22,425 nucleotides of DNA, from positions 1-22,425 of the forward strand of contig NW_021837005.1 of the NCBI RefSeq assembly GCF_006345805.1, written 5' to 3'. The first letter of the stretch is position 1, and each line of letters opens with the position of its first letter. The notes under the pieces are model-generated. The model was not told the DNA's origin and did no database searches. It worked only from the letters and a program-made list of their open reading frames with translations. This DNA comes from Octopus sinensis. Lineage: Eukaryota. The position numbers and the translations under genes were made by a program. Below, piece after piece: positions 1 to 9,735 of the stretch.

Positions 1-80
1 TTGTACATATATAAAAACATTTTCACAATGAGATAAAATTCCAAGGCTGTGACAGATTTCAGAACATTTATAAAGAGTAT

Positions 81-130
81 GTCTTACAGCTGTTTCCGAG
101 ATATTTTATATATATCCCTTCATCGGAGGC
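81..130 (-). ncRNA. Minimal type I hammerhead ribozyme motif (U4C core variant), Penelope-like element type
   Basis: Minus strand reads GCCU-CCGAUGA-A-GGGAUAU/AUAUAAA/AUAUCUC-G-GAAAC-AGCU-GUA-AGAC. It has a C(C)GAUGA core, a 7-bp stem II, GAAA, a palindromic stem III (ACAGCUGU), a GUA cleavage triplet and a stem I with 3 of 4 pairs. Confidence 0.6.
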
Positions 131-282
131 GGTGTACGAAGATGGTTAAGCAATAGTTGTTCTATATAAGATATGAGTAGAGACTGAAGTAGAAGAATGA
201 AAATAGACGTACGATATGCAGGGATGTTGCATCTGTAGTTCCATTATTTAGGCAGAATGGTACAGATATTACTGCACGAATG

Positions 283-336
283 CATATATATATATATATA
301 TAATATATATATATATATGCATATATACATATATAT

Positions 337-407
<71 letters not shown>

Positions 408-413
408 TGTATG

Positions 414-445
<32 letters not shown>
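283..445. repeat. (TA)n then (TG)n microsatellite
   Basis: Visible directly; explains the YI/VC-rich ORFs at 162-606. Confidence 0.97.
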
Positions 446-454
<9 letters not shown>

Positions 455-936
455 TTATGTATATATATTCTTGTATCTTTTCTGTTACTTCATTCATTAG
501 ATCAAGACCATGCTACAGTATCACCTTAAAATATTTTAGTCGAACAAATGGAACTCAATACTTCTTTTGCTTTAAGCATTGCACAGGTTTTATGAGAGAT
601 TTTTGACGAACCCTGCGTTACAAGAACATAAACACAGCAAAAAGAATATGTATGCACACTCGCGCATTCGGGCGTTCTGTTCTTCTAGAAGACCTCATTA
701 GACTAAGCGGAGCAGGGGCACACCCGAGGACGAATAGTGTCGCTGAAGAGGTCACAGATGTATCATAAATGATTTACGGACAATGGACACGAGTAAAAAT
801 AAGAACAGTAAAAGTAAAATTTGGTGTGTTTGTTTGCGTTTGGCAAAGAAAACAACGTGACCATTCGAGAAACAAGAACATCTGTTTCAAATCGCAGTTT
901 GTTTTTAAGAATCAACAGAAATTCATACACGTATAC

Positions 937-968
<32 letters not shown>

Positions 969-1170
969 ATGTGACCGCGTGTGTACCTTGGCGATTTTTT
1001 TTCCTCCGTCTTCTCTTCTCTGGATCTTTCCTTTTCCTATGTTTCTAACGAAGAGCTCCGATCGAAACGTGAAACCCTTCTTCTTCCCTTCCTTCCTGAG
1101 CGTCCAATATTACTATATTTCTTCCACGTCCTCGCTTTGTTGTGTTTTCTCTTTGTGTTTTCATGTCTGG

Positions 1171-1180
<10 letters not shown>
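969..1180. mobile_element. Short non-autonomous (TA)n-anchored element, Penelope-like, carrying a degenerate hammerhead at 1041-1075
   Basis: Lies between a TG/TA array and a TA array. Plus strand reads GTTT-CTAACGA-A-GAGCTCCGATC-GAAACGTG-AAAC. A related diverged segment lies at 11103-11192 in the opposite orientation. Confidence 0.5.
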
Positions 1181-1251
<71 letters not shown>

Positions 1252-1268
1252 CCAGACATGAAAACACA
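1154..1268. repeat. Perfect 27-bp inverted repeat bracketing a (TA)n tract
   Basis: TGTGTTTTCATGTCTGGATTAATTTTA (1154-1180) is the exact reverse complement of TAAAATTAATCCAGACATGAAAACACA (1242-1268). Confidence 0.95.
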
Positions 1269-4158
1269 GTTTAGTTTTAAAGAAACCCACATCCACACCA
1301 TGTAAGTCTCTCAGGCATTTAGGGAGGATGTTAAAGAGCTGTGGTCCTCTGAAACCCAAGCTGTTGCAGTATCTGGACCTGTATTTTGATGGTGATGTTG
1401 GAATCCTTGGCACCACGCATTGGCGCCCCGTTCTGCGGTTGGAGTAACTTTGAATGCCAAAGTTTGGGACAAGACCCTCCAGGATTTTCCAGATGTATAT
1501 CATTGTATATCTCTCCCGCCTCCGCTCTAGGGAGAAGAGGTTTAATACCTTCAGTCTTTCCCAGTAGCTGATATTTTGCATTGAGACGATTTTCTTAGTG
1601 TAGCTTCTCTGAATTGCTTCGAGTTCTGCTGTTTGTTTTATATTGTGTGGTGACCAAAGTTGGGAGCAGTAGTCCAAGCGGCTGAGGACGAATGTTTTCC
1701 ATGGGACCATCAGTGTCTCCTTCTCTCTTGTTCTGAAAGTTCGGAGAATCCATCCAGCTAGCCATCTGCATTTTATCACCAGATTAGCAATATGCATTTG
1801 GAAAGATGCATCACTGCTCATGTCAATGCCCAGGTCACGCACTGATTTTGACTCAGGGATTGCAATTCTTCCTGGGCCAGTGTATCCAGTCTTCACGTCA
1901 TTTACCTTTGTGTGCCAGTAACGCAGGGCCTGGAACTTACCTGCATTAAACTGCATGTTGTTGTCCTCAGCCCACCTGTATATTGTGTCCAGCTCATGTT
2001 GCAGATGCGCAATATTTTCAGGGTTTTGTATTGCGTGGGAGACTTTTGTGTCATCTGCATAGCTAGCAAGGGTGGTCATCGTAGCAACTGAAAGCATGTC
2101 TGAAAGGGCCACTATGAACATCATGGCCCCAAGACAGTGCCCTGTGGGACACCGCTTGTTATTTGCGTTTCCTTGGAGGTGGCTCCATTGCTCACAACTG
2201 CCTGTTTTCTGTCTTTTAGGAAGTTGTGCAGCCACTCTCCAAGTTTCCCGCCTATGCCGAGACCACGCAGTTTGTGACAGATCATACCATGGTCGACTTT
2301 ATCAAAGGCTTTTGCAAAGTCGAGATATATTACATCCACATTTGAGCCATTTAGTAGCTGTTTCAACACCCAGTCATAGTGTTGCAGGAGCTGTGTTAGG
2401 CAGCCTCTACCTGGTCGAAATCCATGCTGGGTGTCAGACAGCAAGTCATTTTCTTCAAGAACATGATTAGTTTCTTACGGACTATTCGTTCCATGACTTT
2501 GCTGATGTGTGAGGTCAGAGAGATAGGCCTATAATTTTTAGCATCTGCTCTGCTACCTCCCTTATGGATAGGGCATATTACCCCCTCTTTCAATTTGACT
2601 GGGAGCTTACCACTTGCAAGAAAGCTCTGAAAAAGAAGCTGTAGCGGTTTTGCAAGGGCTCGTTTGCACGATTTGAGAAGGATCGCTGGGATCCATCAGG
2701 TCCAGCAGCTGAGTTTGTGTCAATCTCATCAATGGCTAGTGTGATATCATCATCTTCGATGTTGATGTACTCAATTTGTGTCTCTTTGGCTGCAGGTAAA
2801 GTGGCAAAGAATTCTTCTGGGTTGTTTACTTGCCTGTGTCCTAGAGGTGTAGTGAACACACTTTGGAACTGTTCGTTCAGTATTTCACTTATCCTCGTGG
2901 GATTTCCTGTGAGAGAGCCATCTTTTTGGAAGAGAGGTCCTATTCTCTGGTGCACTGTGGCTGTCTCTTTGGCAAACTTAAAGAAAGCTTTAGGGTTTGA
3001 TTTTATATTTTCTATTACCCAAGCTTCTTTATTTGCTCTCTCCTTTTCAGGGGACTGATGTAGACTTTTCTCAGTTTCCATTAGCATTCTTTCGAGCCGA
3101 GACTTCTCACCACTTTTGGTGTGCTTGCTCAGGCGGTTTGCAATCCTTGTCAGTCGTCTCATAAGAATCCTCCTTTCTCTAGGGATCTTGTTTTTGTTCT
3201 TGTGTGTGCTGGCCCTGCACACTGGGACATATTTGTCACATATGGCTTGTATTATGGACATGAAGTGTTTGTGTTTCATGTTTATGTCCGGTGTGGAGAG
3301 ACATTCAGGCCAATCCTGTTTGAGGATCTCTTTCTCAATCAACTTCCAGTTGGCTTTATGAAAGTTTAAGTTGGAGAGATAGTGGGTGCTTCGTATAGGC
3401 TGTGTGTCTGCGGGGGCTTTTGTTCCATACATAGACAGCTCTATTATGTTGTGATCCGAGATCATTGTCGGCATCACATTAACATTATGGATAATATCCA
3501 TATTGTTTGCGAAGCAGAGATCCAGTATATTATCTGCCCTTGTTTGTTGCAGAACTATTTGCTCCATGAAAGAGGCATTTGTGAGATGGAGCAGGGACTC
3601 CACCTGTGCCTGCTGATGGTGTGTCATCCCTGGGAGCATCTGCCCCCCAGGCCATTCCACATTGAGGAGGTTAAAGGTACCCATGAAGAATACACTGTTG
3701 TGCTGTTCAAGGTTGGTGAGGACTTCTCCTATTTTTGTTAGGCAGTCTTCAAACATGCCTGAGTGTTTTGGGGCATCTGGTGGGCGATATGTAGTGCATA
3801 TGACGATATTCAGTTGTCTTATGTGTACAATTTGAGTTTCACATACTGAGTTTGAATATGACAGCAGGACCTGGGGCGTGAGGTCATCTCGGATGTACAT
3901 TGCAACTCCACCATGGCTCCTCCCTTTTCTATCTGTGCGTATGACTGCATATTGCGGCATGTGTATTTCTGCATCACCTATATCGGGTTTAAGATGCGTT
4001 TCTGTGAGTGCCATGCATATAGCTTGATTGCATGTCACAAGGTCTCTCAGGAATGAGATTTTCTTTTTACAGTTTCCGCGCAGCAGCCCTCCTACATTCA
4101 GTAGAAATATTTTTGTGGTGTGTGTGTTGTGTTGGTGTCTGTGGTGGCCATCCTGCAT
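1269..4158 (-). pseudogene. LINE ORF2 (AP endonuclease + reverse transcriptase), three 1-nt frameshifts
   Basis: APE motifs: NVGGL, LTETHL, RTDR-GGVA, G(T)FN, NILDL, SDH. RT motifs: KNYRPISLTS, QHGFR, YLDFAKAFDKV, GVPQGTVLGP, YADD, DLG. C-terminal SLERRRERY and GPQLFNILP. Frameshifts at ~2692, ~2457 and ~2123. Confidence 0.93.
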
Positions 4159-4991
4159 CTGTTGGAGGTGGCCTTATGTGGTGGTAGTTCCAGCTTTGTG
4201 CTTGTAGCCAGGTCAGCTGCTGACAATTTTTTGTGCCATGCACAAAAAAGATTGCTGTTCAGCTGCCGCCCTCTCACATCTGGGTGAAGCTGGCCACCTG
4301 TTGGGTTTCCGCGCACCACATCTGCATACCGTCTTTCAGTAGTGGTCAGTGCGCTTTTTTCCCTTCTTTTAACTTTTTCTTTTTGTTCTCCCTGAGGGAG
4401 GGACCTCTGTCTCGCGTCCGTGCGGTTTTGGTAGGGCCTCCGATGTGCAAAGCGACAGTTTGCACCTTCGACGCCGTACCAGCAGTCCCCCCTCAGATAG
4501 AATTTGCAGGTGTTTCTTTCCCTGCCCTTACAGTTCTTGCTGGGGTCCCTCTGCTTTCTCTGGACAGGGCTTCCTTTAGCCTTGATTCTGTCGCCCTTTA
4601 CCTCCTGCTTCCCATCAATTTCAGGGTGCCTTTTCTTTCTTGCGGCCGTCGCACTTCTTTTGTCTTCAGTTGTGGTGTTGGGAGCTGGACATATGTCATC
4701 GTTTCCCTGTGTTCCAGGCTTCTCCGTTTGGTTCTGGATGCTTTTTTCATCCTTTTGGCCCTCCCTGGTGCCGTCACCTCCCAGGATGATGTCCAGGGTG
4801 TCTACATGTGTCCTGATTAGAGCGTACGAACGGATAAATTCTCGCTTCTTTCGCTCTATCTGGGCGGTGGTTCTCGAAAAATTGTTGCTTTTCAGCGCCG
4901 CTGCAATAATATTGTTCGGCGAGTCGTCCTCAGCAATCTTCCAAGCGCGGACGAATAATTGCACCTCTCTCGCAGACCAGTTTCTTGCCAT
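4098..4991 (-). CDS. LINE ORF1-like protein, 297 aa: N-terminal Myb/SANT-like (trihelix-type) domain plus a CCCH zinc finger
   Basis: ATG start, open frame, overlaps the ORF2 start by 61 nt. N-terminal pattern W-S-x2-E-x2-L-x4-W ... IAAAL ... FSRTTAQIERK ... Y. CKFYLRGDCWYGVEGANCRFAH is C-x7-C-x8-C-x3-H. Confidence 0.75.
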   Translation of the reverse strand: MARNWSAREVQLFVRAWKIAEDDSPNNIIAAALKSNNFSRTTAQIERKKREFIRSYALIRTHVDTLDIILGGDGTREGQKDEKSIQNQTEKPGTQGNDDICPAPNTTTEDKRSATAARKKRHPEIDGKQEVKGDRIKAKGSPVQRKQRDPSKNCKGRERNTCKFYLRGDCWYGVEGANCRFAHRRPYQNRTDARQRSLPQGEQKEKVKRREKSALTTTERRYADVVRGNPTGGQLHPDVRGRQLNSNLFCAWHKKLSAADLATSTKLELPPHKATSNRCRMATTDTNTTHTPQKYFY

Positions 4992-5850
4992 TTTCTTCTA
5001 GTGAAATATAGGAACAGAGATAGAGATAGAGAAGGAAAGATAAGATGGAGAGGGAGAAGAGAAAGGAGAAAAGCCAGGGGGGGATAGAGAGAGAGACGAG
5101 GGGATTGTCCTGAGAGAAGAGAGAAAGAGAGAAAATAAGAGGGAAAAAGAGAAAGGAGAAAGAATGGCAGGTACAGGGTGGAAAAGAGAGACAAGAGGGT
5201 GGACCCTAGGGGGGGCAGGGAGAAGAAAGGCGGAGAGATAAAATGGAGAGGAAGAGAGAGAGAGATGAAATGGAGAGGGAGAGAGAGAGAGGGAAGGATA
5301 GAGGTACCAGGGAGTGAAGTAAAGGGACAGAGAGGGTGGTGTGGAGGAAGGAGACAGAAAGAGGAAAAAAGAGACAAGGGGGTGAGCCTTAGAGGGAGCA
5401 GGGAGAGGAAAGGTAGGAAGAAAAAAGGGGGAAGAGGGAGAGAGGGGGCGCAACAGAGGTGCAAGAGAGTGTAGTAAAGGGACAGGGAGTGGTTTAGAGT
5501 AAGAAATAGGGGACAGAAGGGGAAGAGGAAAAGGGTTTGACCTGTGAAGGAGCGAAAGGAAGAGGCAGAGAGAGGGAGGGGGAAAACAGAGAGAGAGAGA
5601 AGAGGGCGGTATATAGATACAAGAGAGAATGAGTGAAGTTGAGGAACTGGGAGGGGGGGTGAGATGAGAGAAAGTTGATCTGAGAGAGATGCAGAAAGAG
5701 AAACGATGGCAGAGGGAGAGAGGGGGAGGAGGGGAGAGTGAGAGCGGAAATAGAGGGTCTGGGGGATGGAGACAGATAAGGTATAAACAGTATGAGAGAG
5801 ATAGAAATTGAAACGTAAGAAAGAGAAGGAGAGAGTGTGTGGCAAAACGG
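4992..5850. repeat. ~860-bp polypurine (+) / polypyrimidine (-) tract, probable LINE 5' UTR
   Basis: Almost entirely G/A on the plus strand, with several G runs and a ~27-bp internal duplication at ~5236-5290. It directly precedes the ORF1 ATG on the minus strand. Confidence 0.7.
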
Positions 5851-6193
5851 AAGACAAATTATGAAGATAGATAGCGCGTATATTTATATCTTTTTTTAAT
5901 TTTTATCTTCTGGTTGAAAGAACACTAATGATAATGATAATAAATAAATAATATCTTCCTTACCTTACCGGCTGAGAGAATACTTACGTGATTCCTTTTT
6001 ATAAGAAAGGAAGATAGATAGATAAGATAGACCTTTTTTATATTCCTTTATCGTATTTTGTAAACAAAAGGAAATTAGAGTTCCGATTTCGTACATGCAG
6101 ACAAATAATGATACTTTCTATATTTTCCTAAGCGATTTGGTATTAAGCAGCAAATTTTTCAGAGGCTTTTTTCAGAACACGCAGATATGCGAC

Positions 6194-6378
6194 ATCAAAA
6201 ACGAAAATATCCTTCTCAAAAATACTGTGTCTTGTTGATTCACAGAAAAAGAATAAAATTCACTTCGATTTCGGGAAGTAACACACGTGCTTTTTAACAC
6301 GTGTATTCGCGAGTATGTTCTAGTTGCAAATACTATATCAAAAGCGAAAATATTCTTCTCAAATACAGTGACTTGTTG
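6194..6378. repeat. Diverged ~43-bp direct repeat, ~143-bp spacing
   Basis: ATCAAAAACGAAAATATCCTTCTCAAAAATACTGTGTCTTGTTG (6194-6237) vs ATCAAAAGCGAAAATATTCTTCTCAAATACAGTGACTTGTTG (6337-6378). Confidence 0.75.
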
Positions 6379-6502
6379 TACTCTCACTTATATTCGCTTT
6401 GCAGACAATTTCGCTTCTGATAACATCGATCTCTGGAAGGACTTCTTAAATCTTTTGGAGAGACACGTTAACACACTTGTTGTTAGTTCAGCGCCATCTT
6501 TG

Positions 6503-7165
6503 TTATATATATATATATATATAATATATATATATAATATATATATATAATATATATATATATTATATATATATATATTATATATATATATATATATATG
6601 TGCATGTATGTATGTATGTATGTATGTATTATGTATGTATGTAGGTATGTATGTATGTATGTATGTATGTATGTATGTATGTATGTATGTATAATGCTTT
6701 GTACTACAGCACGTACATAAGTAAAGTCGTAAGTCGCGGGAAGTAGTGTAAAGTCATATTAGCAAATGACACACGTGTAATGGTGTAGAAATAACGCCCC
6801 AAAATTTTCCCAATCTCCCCTTTGGATATTGTTACTGTAGAGAAAATATTTCCCAGTATTTTCGTCTCGTCTCTGATTCATATCTCAAATAAATACAACA
6901 GCTAAATACGGATTTGGAAATAAGCGGATGCACTTCAAGACGAGACAGCTTGGATTCCAACAACTATCTCAATAATATATTTGTAAATAGGTGTGTGTGT
7001 GTGTGTGTATACACATACACAACACATACACACACGCACAATATATACATACACACACACACACACACTCATATATATGTATCTATGTATATAATACGGC
7101 GTATTATCTTCTGCCGAATATTTATATACATGAATATGCGTATATTTGTGTGAGGACGTATGTAC

Positions 7166-7196
<31 letters not shown>

Positions 7197-7290
7197 TGTA
7201 TGTATGTATGTATGTATGTATGTATGTATGTATGTATGTGTTTGTGTGTGTGTATGCGTGTGTGTGTGTATGTGTGTGTGTGTATTACTG
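6503..7290. repeat. Compound (TA)n, (TATG)n, (TG/CA)n microsatellites with short unique spacers
   Basis: Visible directly at 6503-6690, 6990-7080 and 7160-7285. Confidence 0.95.
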
Positions 7291-7542
7291 CAATATTCTC
7301 ACTTCACTCTTAAACTGCCATAAATACGGAGCGAGAGAAAGAGAGAGAGAGACAGACAGAGAAAGAGAAATGATTTTCAATTATTTCTGAAATTTACTCC
7401 ATCACAATATCCTGATAGAATTTTACTAACATCTCGTAGCTAATAACTTTTTAAGAGAACAACAATATATAACACTAGCTTAAGGTGACCCGCTCTACGC
7501 GCGGGGTAAGAGTGTGGTTGTTACTTTCTGTTGCTTCCTTTC

Positions 7543-7840
7543 AGCACGTAAAAAGCACCATCCGAACGTGGCCGATTGCAGCGCCGCCTTGACTGGATTG
7601 TGTGTCGGTAGCACGTAAAAAGCACCAACCGATCGTGGCCGCTGCCAGCCCCCCCCCCCGGCACCTGTGCCGGCTGCACGAAAAAAGCACCCACTACACT
7701 CACAGAGTGGTTTGGGTTAGGAATGGCATCCACCTGTAGAAACACTTTCAGATCAGATTGGAGCCTGGTGCAGCCTCCTGGCTTCCCAGACCCCGGTCAA
7801 ACTGTCCAACCCGTGCTAGCACGGAAAACGGACGTTAAAC

Positions 7841-7870
<30 letters not shown>
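7543..7870 (+). mobile_element. 5'-truncated non-LTR retroelement 3' end (RTE-type LINE 3' UTR or derived SINE) with a (GAT)10 tail, nested in the Helitron
   Basis: Three ~65-bp tandem units anchored by GCACG(T/A)AAAAAGCACC (7544, 7611, 7676), unique 3' region, then a simple-repeat tail at 7841-7870. Family assignment is from recognition only. Confidence 0.7.
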
Positions 7871-7871
<1 letters not shown>

Positions 7872-8161
7872 CTCCCTCTTTGTTTCTTTCTCCTTTCTCT
7901 CTCACTTTCCCACTCTCTTACTTTTCTTTTCTCTCGGACTCTCCCTCGCTTTCTCTTACTCTCTATCTTTATCTATCTCTCTCCCATTTATAAACAACAA
8001 AAGATGTGGAGTAAGTTGAGAAATAAAATATTTTGAAAGGTCAATCATAAATATCAGGCAGTGACAACGGAAAGGTCTGCTTCAAGGCAGACAGCAAAAC
8101 ACTAACATTTAAAAGAGACAGACGAACTTGCGAGCTGAATAAAAATAATAAAATATTGGAA

Positions 8162-8440
8162 ACCAAAGTTTGAAGGGATAGAATCTGAGGATAGTAGAGT
8201 CACCATGGCTGGCATTTCTTAACGACGGACAGCAACGTATTGACAGTTTAACGGCTGGCGTAAAATTTTGAACTTGATGTAAAAGAAAATTCCTAAACAC
8301 CAAGTTTTGAAGTGATTCTATCTCACGACAGTAGACTCACCATGGCAAGCATTGAAAACTTCTTCATCATGGACGGCAACACATTGACGATTAAAAGACT
8401 GGCGCAAATTTTTTAGCTTGATGTAACAGAATTCCTAAAC
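8162..8440. repeat. Two diverged ~140-bp tandem units inside the Helitron
   Basis: Units 8162-8298 and 8299-8440 share ACCAA..TTTGAAG, AGTAGA.TCACCATGGC, CTGGCG, CTTGATGTAA and AATTCCTAAAC. Confidence 0.8.
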
Positions 8441-9339
8441 ACCCGCTCCTTTAAATTTTAATCCCCTTCCAGCCCCATTTCGCCCCCTTTTCACAGTTTG
8501 GTTAATATAACCCGATTTCATTCGGGTCTACTGGGGCCACATGTATTTATAATTTTTAAAAAATATATATAACTATCAAAAAGTATTAAAAAGTTTAATA
8601 TACATAAATACAGATATATACACTTTGTATATATGCATTATATATACATATTTATATATAGAACACACACACACACACACACACACTCACATATAAACTA
8701 ACCCAATAAATATCTGATTCATAATATTTGTTCTCATGATTGCGTGGATGTGGTGGTGGTGGCGATGATAATTCTCTCTATGACGTGAGAGAGAGAGAGA
8801 GTGTGAAAGCGCTGTCGAAGGCGGTGAGGGGGAGATATATAACGCCGTGACACGAAGTTATAAAGAGAATTTGAAGGTAAGGGAGTTAGACGCCGTGAAA
8901 CGACGTTATATATAGTAAGTGATGGGAAGGGAGGAAAGAGTGTGAGTGACGGAGGAAGACAGATAAATAAAAGAATGAGAGTAGACTTGTCAAGGTGAGT
9001 TTTTGGCCCTAGCAACGATACGTTTCAAGATGGGGATTTCTAACCTAGCCCACTCGCATCCTCACCTCATTTTACGTGTCCCTGTAAATTTTGGAGTCAA
9101 TCCGACGGGATCTAGTGGCTTTTAACCCGTTCTCAATGCCAAAACTAGACAAACAAACAAACAAACTTTTCGCATTTCAGAATTATAATATACAGATTTA
9201 ATATTAAAGAAATGCTCAAATATAATTTTGATTAAAAATATTCTTATATAGAATTTTATCAAATGACTTCGAATCATATGGAAATGCAAATTTCTTTTCT
9301 TTTAATCCAAACCCTGGGTCCTCGGAATCCTAAACTAGG

Positions 9340-9735
9340 CGCGTGCTCGAATTCTTAGTGTACAGGTTTCAGCATCATAGGGCGATGAGTTCGATTCATA
9401 TGCTGGGCAGTTTTTGATCCCCTTCCAAGTTAGTTCATTTGAGGTTGCTCACTTCAACCAGTGGAAAGGTAAACCAGCTGCTTTATCAGTCTTTCTCTTC
9501 TGCTCTTACATTCTTGTTATTCCAGTGTGTCAAAGCCGAAAGAGCTTAGACAGTCTCCAGCATCTAATCAACATTAATTAATCACCTAAATTAGGGAAGC
9601 ATGGAGCAATACTCACGTTTGAGTATCAGCTTTGACTTTGTGTGCACAGGCACGCACACACACAAACACATAGGGGCGACCGAATCGTTGCGAGAGTATT
9701 TGGTAGATGGAAGCTGAAAGAAAACTGTCGTTGCA
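9340..9735 (+). mobile_element. Highly degenerate tRNA-derived SINE remnant
   Basis: B-box-like GAGTTCGATTC at ~9387 and a SINE-body-like ATTTGGTAGATGGAAGCTGAAAGAA at ~9698-9722. Weak. Confidence 0.35.

Larger units (their letters stand above)
1269..5880 (-). mobile_element. CR1-group LINE (CR1/L2/Crack/Daphne-like), 5' end apparently intact, 3' end truncated
   Basis: Pyrimidine-rich leader, ORF1, APE endonuclease, RT and C-terminal domain are colinear. The element stops at FFKTKL at ~1269. The 5' boundary is approximate. Confidence 0.92.
7475..9196 (-). mobile_element. Non-autonomous Helitron (1722 bp including a nested insert)
   Basis: Minus strand begins A|TC at 9196 and has (TTTG)n near the 5' end. 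It ends with the GC hairpin CCCGC-GCGTAGA-GCGGG (7489-7505), a 10-nt spacer, then CTAG|T at 7475. These are the canonical Helitron termini and AT target. Confidence 0.85.

Noticed and set aside
689-766. Plus-strand acceptor TTCTGTTCTTCTAG followed by EDLIRLSGAGAHPRTNSVAEEVTDVS*
   Set aside because: Could be a terminal exon, but there is no recognisable homology or supporting partner exon.
873-918. Minus-strand CUGUUGA ... GAAACAGAUGUU, hammerhead-like
   Set aside because: Core is mutated and neither stem I nor stem II can be formed.
1045-1268. C-terminal tail of the 396-aa ORF (CFHVWINFIYIYI...)
   Set aside because: Read-through from the truncated LINE into the inverted repeat and TA tract, not real protein.
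4233-5001. Antisense ORFs (195 and 165 aa) over ORF1, ORF0-like
   Set aside because: No motifs; expected shadow frames of a coding region.
4892-5857. 321-aa Leu/Ser/Pro/Phe-rich ORF
   Set aside because: TTG start, and a CT-only strand cannot readily encode stops; compositional artefact.
6282-6303. Two adjacent CACGTG E-boxes
   Set aside because: Short motif with only a few copies in 22 kb; no other support.
6409-6500. Plus-strand acceptor CGCTTTGCAG then DNFASDNIDLWKDFLNLLERH
   Set aside because: No convincing donor and no homology recognised.
7544-7691. Three regularly spaced 16-bp repeats resembling a CRISPR array
   Set aside because: The intervening sequences are homologous to each other, the context is eukaryotic and there are no cas genes; it is a tandem repeat in a retroelement 3' UTR.
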